This document shows positions 61,959 to 64,000 of a stretch of DNA of 64,000 bases, piece by piece; the first letter of the stretch is position 1; each line of letters opens with the position of its first letter. The stretch covers positions 1,737,876 to 1,801,875 of the forward strand of contig CAJINV010000006.1 in the NCBI GenBank assembly GCA_905178155.1, given 5' to 3'. Position numbers and translations under genes: made by a program. A model generated the notes under the pieces. That model made no database searches. It saw only the letters and a list, made by a program, of their open reading frames with translations, and had not been told where the DNA came from. This DNA is from Amoebophrya sp. A120 (taxonomy: Eukaryota; Protista; Dinoflagellata).

Positions 61959-64000
61959 ATGCAAATAGACGAGATCGAGGAGGTGCCCTCCAGCGACGAG
62001 GACGAGCCGGAGGCAAATCCCTATGTACAACCTCCACCACAACAAGCTGCACTTCTTACTCACGGAACGCCGGGCCACTTCAGCTCGTCTGAGATCCCAA
62101 AAAGATCCTATCAAGATCCTGGCCGCTGGGCTACTTCGGCGCCCCGAAATTACGAATCAGGCCCAATGTTTTGGCCTTCGCTCTGCCTCCTTTGTATAGC
62201 AAATTTGCGCGGCCTTTTCTGGGCGTGTCGCATAGCTGCCGAGCTTTTCCTGGCCCCTCCCCCGCCTAGAATCTATGGATTTGGCGGCGCAAAAAAGTGG
62301 CCAAAAAAGTGTCCTCTGGACAGGATCTTGATCGGAACTTTATCGGATCTTGAACGGAACTTTTTAGGAACTTTTTTTTGGCCTCTGAAGCTTTCGCCAT
62401 ACCGCCGTGATTGGCGACTTTGAACATTGTTTGAACATTGGCCGGATCCTTTGTTCGGGGTTCAAGAAGTGGCCCTTCTCCCTTTGAAACACGGGCTGTT
62501 TCTTTGATTCAACAAATTCAGCGGCTTCGTTTCTTTTTGAATCAAAAAAAAAACTCGCTTTGGGCTAGTGCGCCGTCTTTTGCTGGACCATTTCCGACCT
62601 GGCCTTGTCCTCGGGCTCAGGTATATCTGGCCCATGGAGGCGAGATGGACCCTGCGGACGGGGGCAATTCCGTCCATTGCCGGGCCCCAGATTGTTCCGC
62701 GTCGCGCCAGGGCTTTTACAACCGCGCGACCACTCGCTCGCCTTTGTTGGGCGTGGTTATTCGTCACTCCCAGCAAGCTAGCGCCTGTGGCAACGCCCGC
62801 GGGGCGTCTGGCCCTTTCTCACATCTACCATACCTTCGTGTAACGCGCGTTACACGAGCGGTCTATGCTTCCCTTTCGTCGGCAGGCTGTCCCTGGAAGC
62901 TACAGAGGGGCGGACGCTCCGAATCTTTCCGACCCCTCCCCCTGGGGTGTCGGGGGTAATCTTTTCAGGATCTTCGTGGGTTCTCAGGGCGTCGTCTGTG
63001 GCCCGTCGTGCCGCCAGTAAACTTCGGAACAACAACTTTTCTACCCCAGCACAGCCCTTGCAGGATGAAAATAACAGCACCAGAGGACCTGCTCTTTCAC
63101 GACGACCACCGCATGATTTTTATCAGCCAATAAACCAACTACCAGGTCGTGGACCCCCGGTAGGAGGAGGAGGAGGAGCAGGAGGCGCTCATGCTCAACC
63201 CCCACACCACCACCTCCCGTCAGCGACTGCGTATGGCGCAGCGCCCGGGCGGCAACCGCGTGGTGGTGGACTGCAAGAACTGCAAGCGGCAGCAACAGCT
63301 TCTGGTGTAGGTTGCACTTCTACGAGTACAATAAGCGGTGGGCAGCATGTTGTGTTTTCCGCACTGCAGCAACCCCCGGCGCAAAAAGGCGCCTCTCTAT
63401 TCGGACCAAGTACACTTACACAAAGTACTAGAGGGCTACACCGGCACATGTTACCGCCGCCGCTGGTGCCGGCGGGGCAAGTGCAACCAGGCCTTCCTGG
63501 CGGTAACAGCACTAGCAGCACCGCGGAAGGAGCTAAAAAAAATTTCCAGGAAATTATACCTGGTGTAGTACTACAAGAACCCTCGTCAAGTTCTTTCCCT
63601 TTCTCTGGACCTTCGCAGATTAAACCCAGCTCTGCTTCTGCTGCTGTCGTGCAGCCAACTAGATTTGGAGGTAGTAGCGCCTCTAGTGGGGCTGGGTTTG
63701 GATCATTTGGTAATCATAATCCCGCTGTAAAAATAAAACAGCAGCCGTCAACGCCCGTCGCTCCATTCGGTGCCGCTTTTGGAGGACCTAGTGCAGCTGC
63801 TGCGCCGACGTCGTTCTTTGGGGGTTTCGGCAATTCAAGTAGAAATGCCACTGCTAGTGGAACAAACATAGCGGTGGGGAATGCGGCGGCGCCTTCCTTT
63901 GGCGCCGCAACACCGGGTATTAACAAGCAGGCAACTAGTTCAAGTGGAAGTGGTTTCATCTTGTCCGCACCACAAGCGCAACAGCAGTTCGGCAGCTTCG
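61959..64000 (+). CDS. Gene 8 (partial): low-complexity protein with FG repeats, possibly a nucleoporin; runs off the window
   Basis: First exon MQIDEIEEVPSSDEDEPEANP from 61959. A stop-free + frame runs from ~62960 to the window end (missing from the ORF track because it has no stop) and reads ..RFGGSSASSGAGFGSFGNH..APFGAAFGGP..SFFGGFGNS..PSFGAA..QQFGSF. The join across 62087-62987 is tentative. Confidence 0.55.
62087..62987. mobile_element. Non-coding insert or intron with an internal inverted repeat
   Basis: AGATCCCAAAAAGATCCTATCAAGATCCTG (62092-62121) is an imperfect inverse of 62321-62350. Composition resembles the other long inserts; possible GT (62087) and AG (62987) bounds. Confidence 0.4.

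Noticed and set aside
62109-62333. TATCAAGATCCTG..CAGGATCTTGATC as another introner
   Set aside because: The flanks GATCC and GGAAC are not a TSD, the shared motif is absent and removal does not connect to the downstream frame.
191-63959. Hundreds of short ORFs with recurring peptides such as CKSIVLV, LQISSA, MRKKFVMHDC and QKCLGLE
   Set aside because: These are translations of the non-coding elements in various frames, not a protein family or transposase.

Overview
Eukaryotic genomic DNA, most likely from a syndinian dinoflagellate of the Amoebophrya type. This assignment is inferred from intron architecture, not from a marker gene. The ORF track is fragmented because the genes are interrupted by about 125 short (mostly 140-330 bp) non-autonomous TIR elements from at least 10 unrelated families. 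Almost all start TAT, end ATA and are flanked by a 5-bp target-site duplication (TSD). Removing each element plus one TSD copy by hand restores continuous reading frames. This gives seven reconstructed genes and one partial gene, all on the + strand. They include an LLPH/YBL028C-like 60S biogenesis factor, a 22-kb PAN/apple-domain gene with about 58 such introns, and a partial FG-repeat protein. The elements have no GT-AG ends and occur in both orientations within genes. They share one internal motif (GCATNACAAA), sit almost only in coding sequence, and mostly decay when outside it. A few ordinary GT-AG introns coexist, and one is visibly derived from an element. A second class of 0.7-1.2 kb non-coding inserts, rich in hairpins and tandem repeats and often next to long host duplications, lands in or beside the elements. 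No transposase, RNA gene or CRISPR array was seen. Counts and coordinates are from manual reading.
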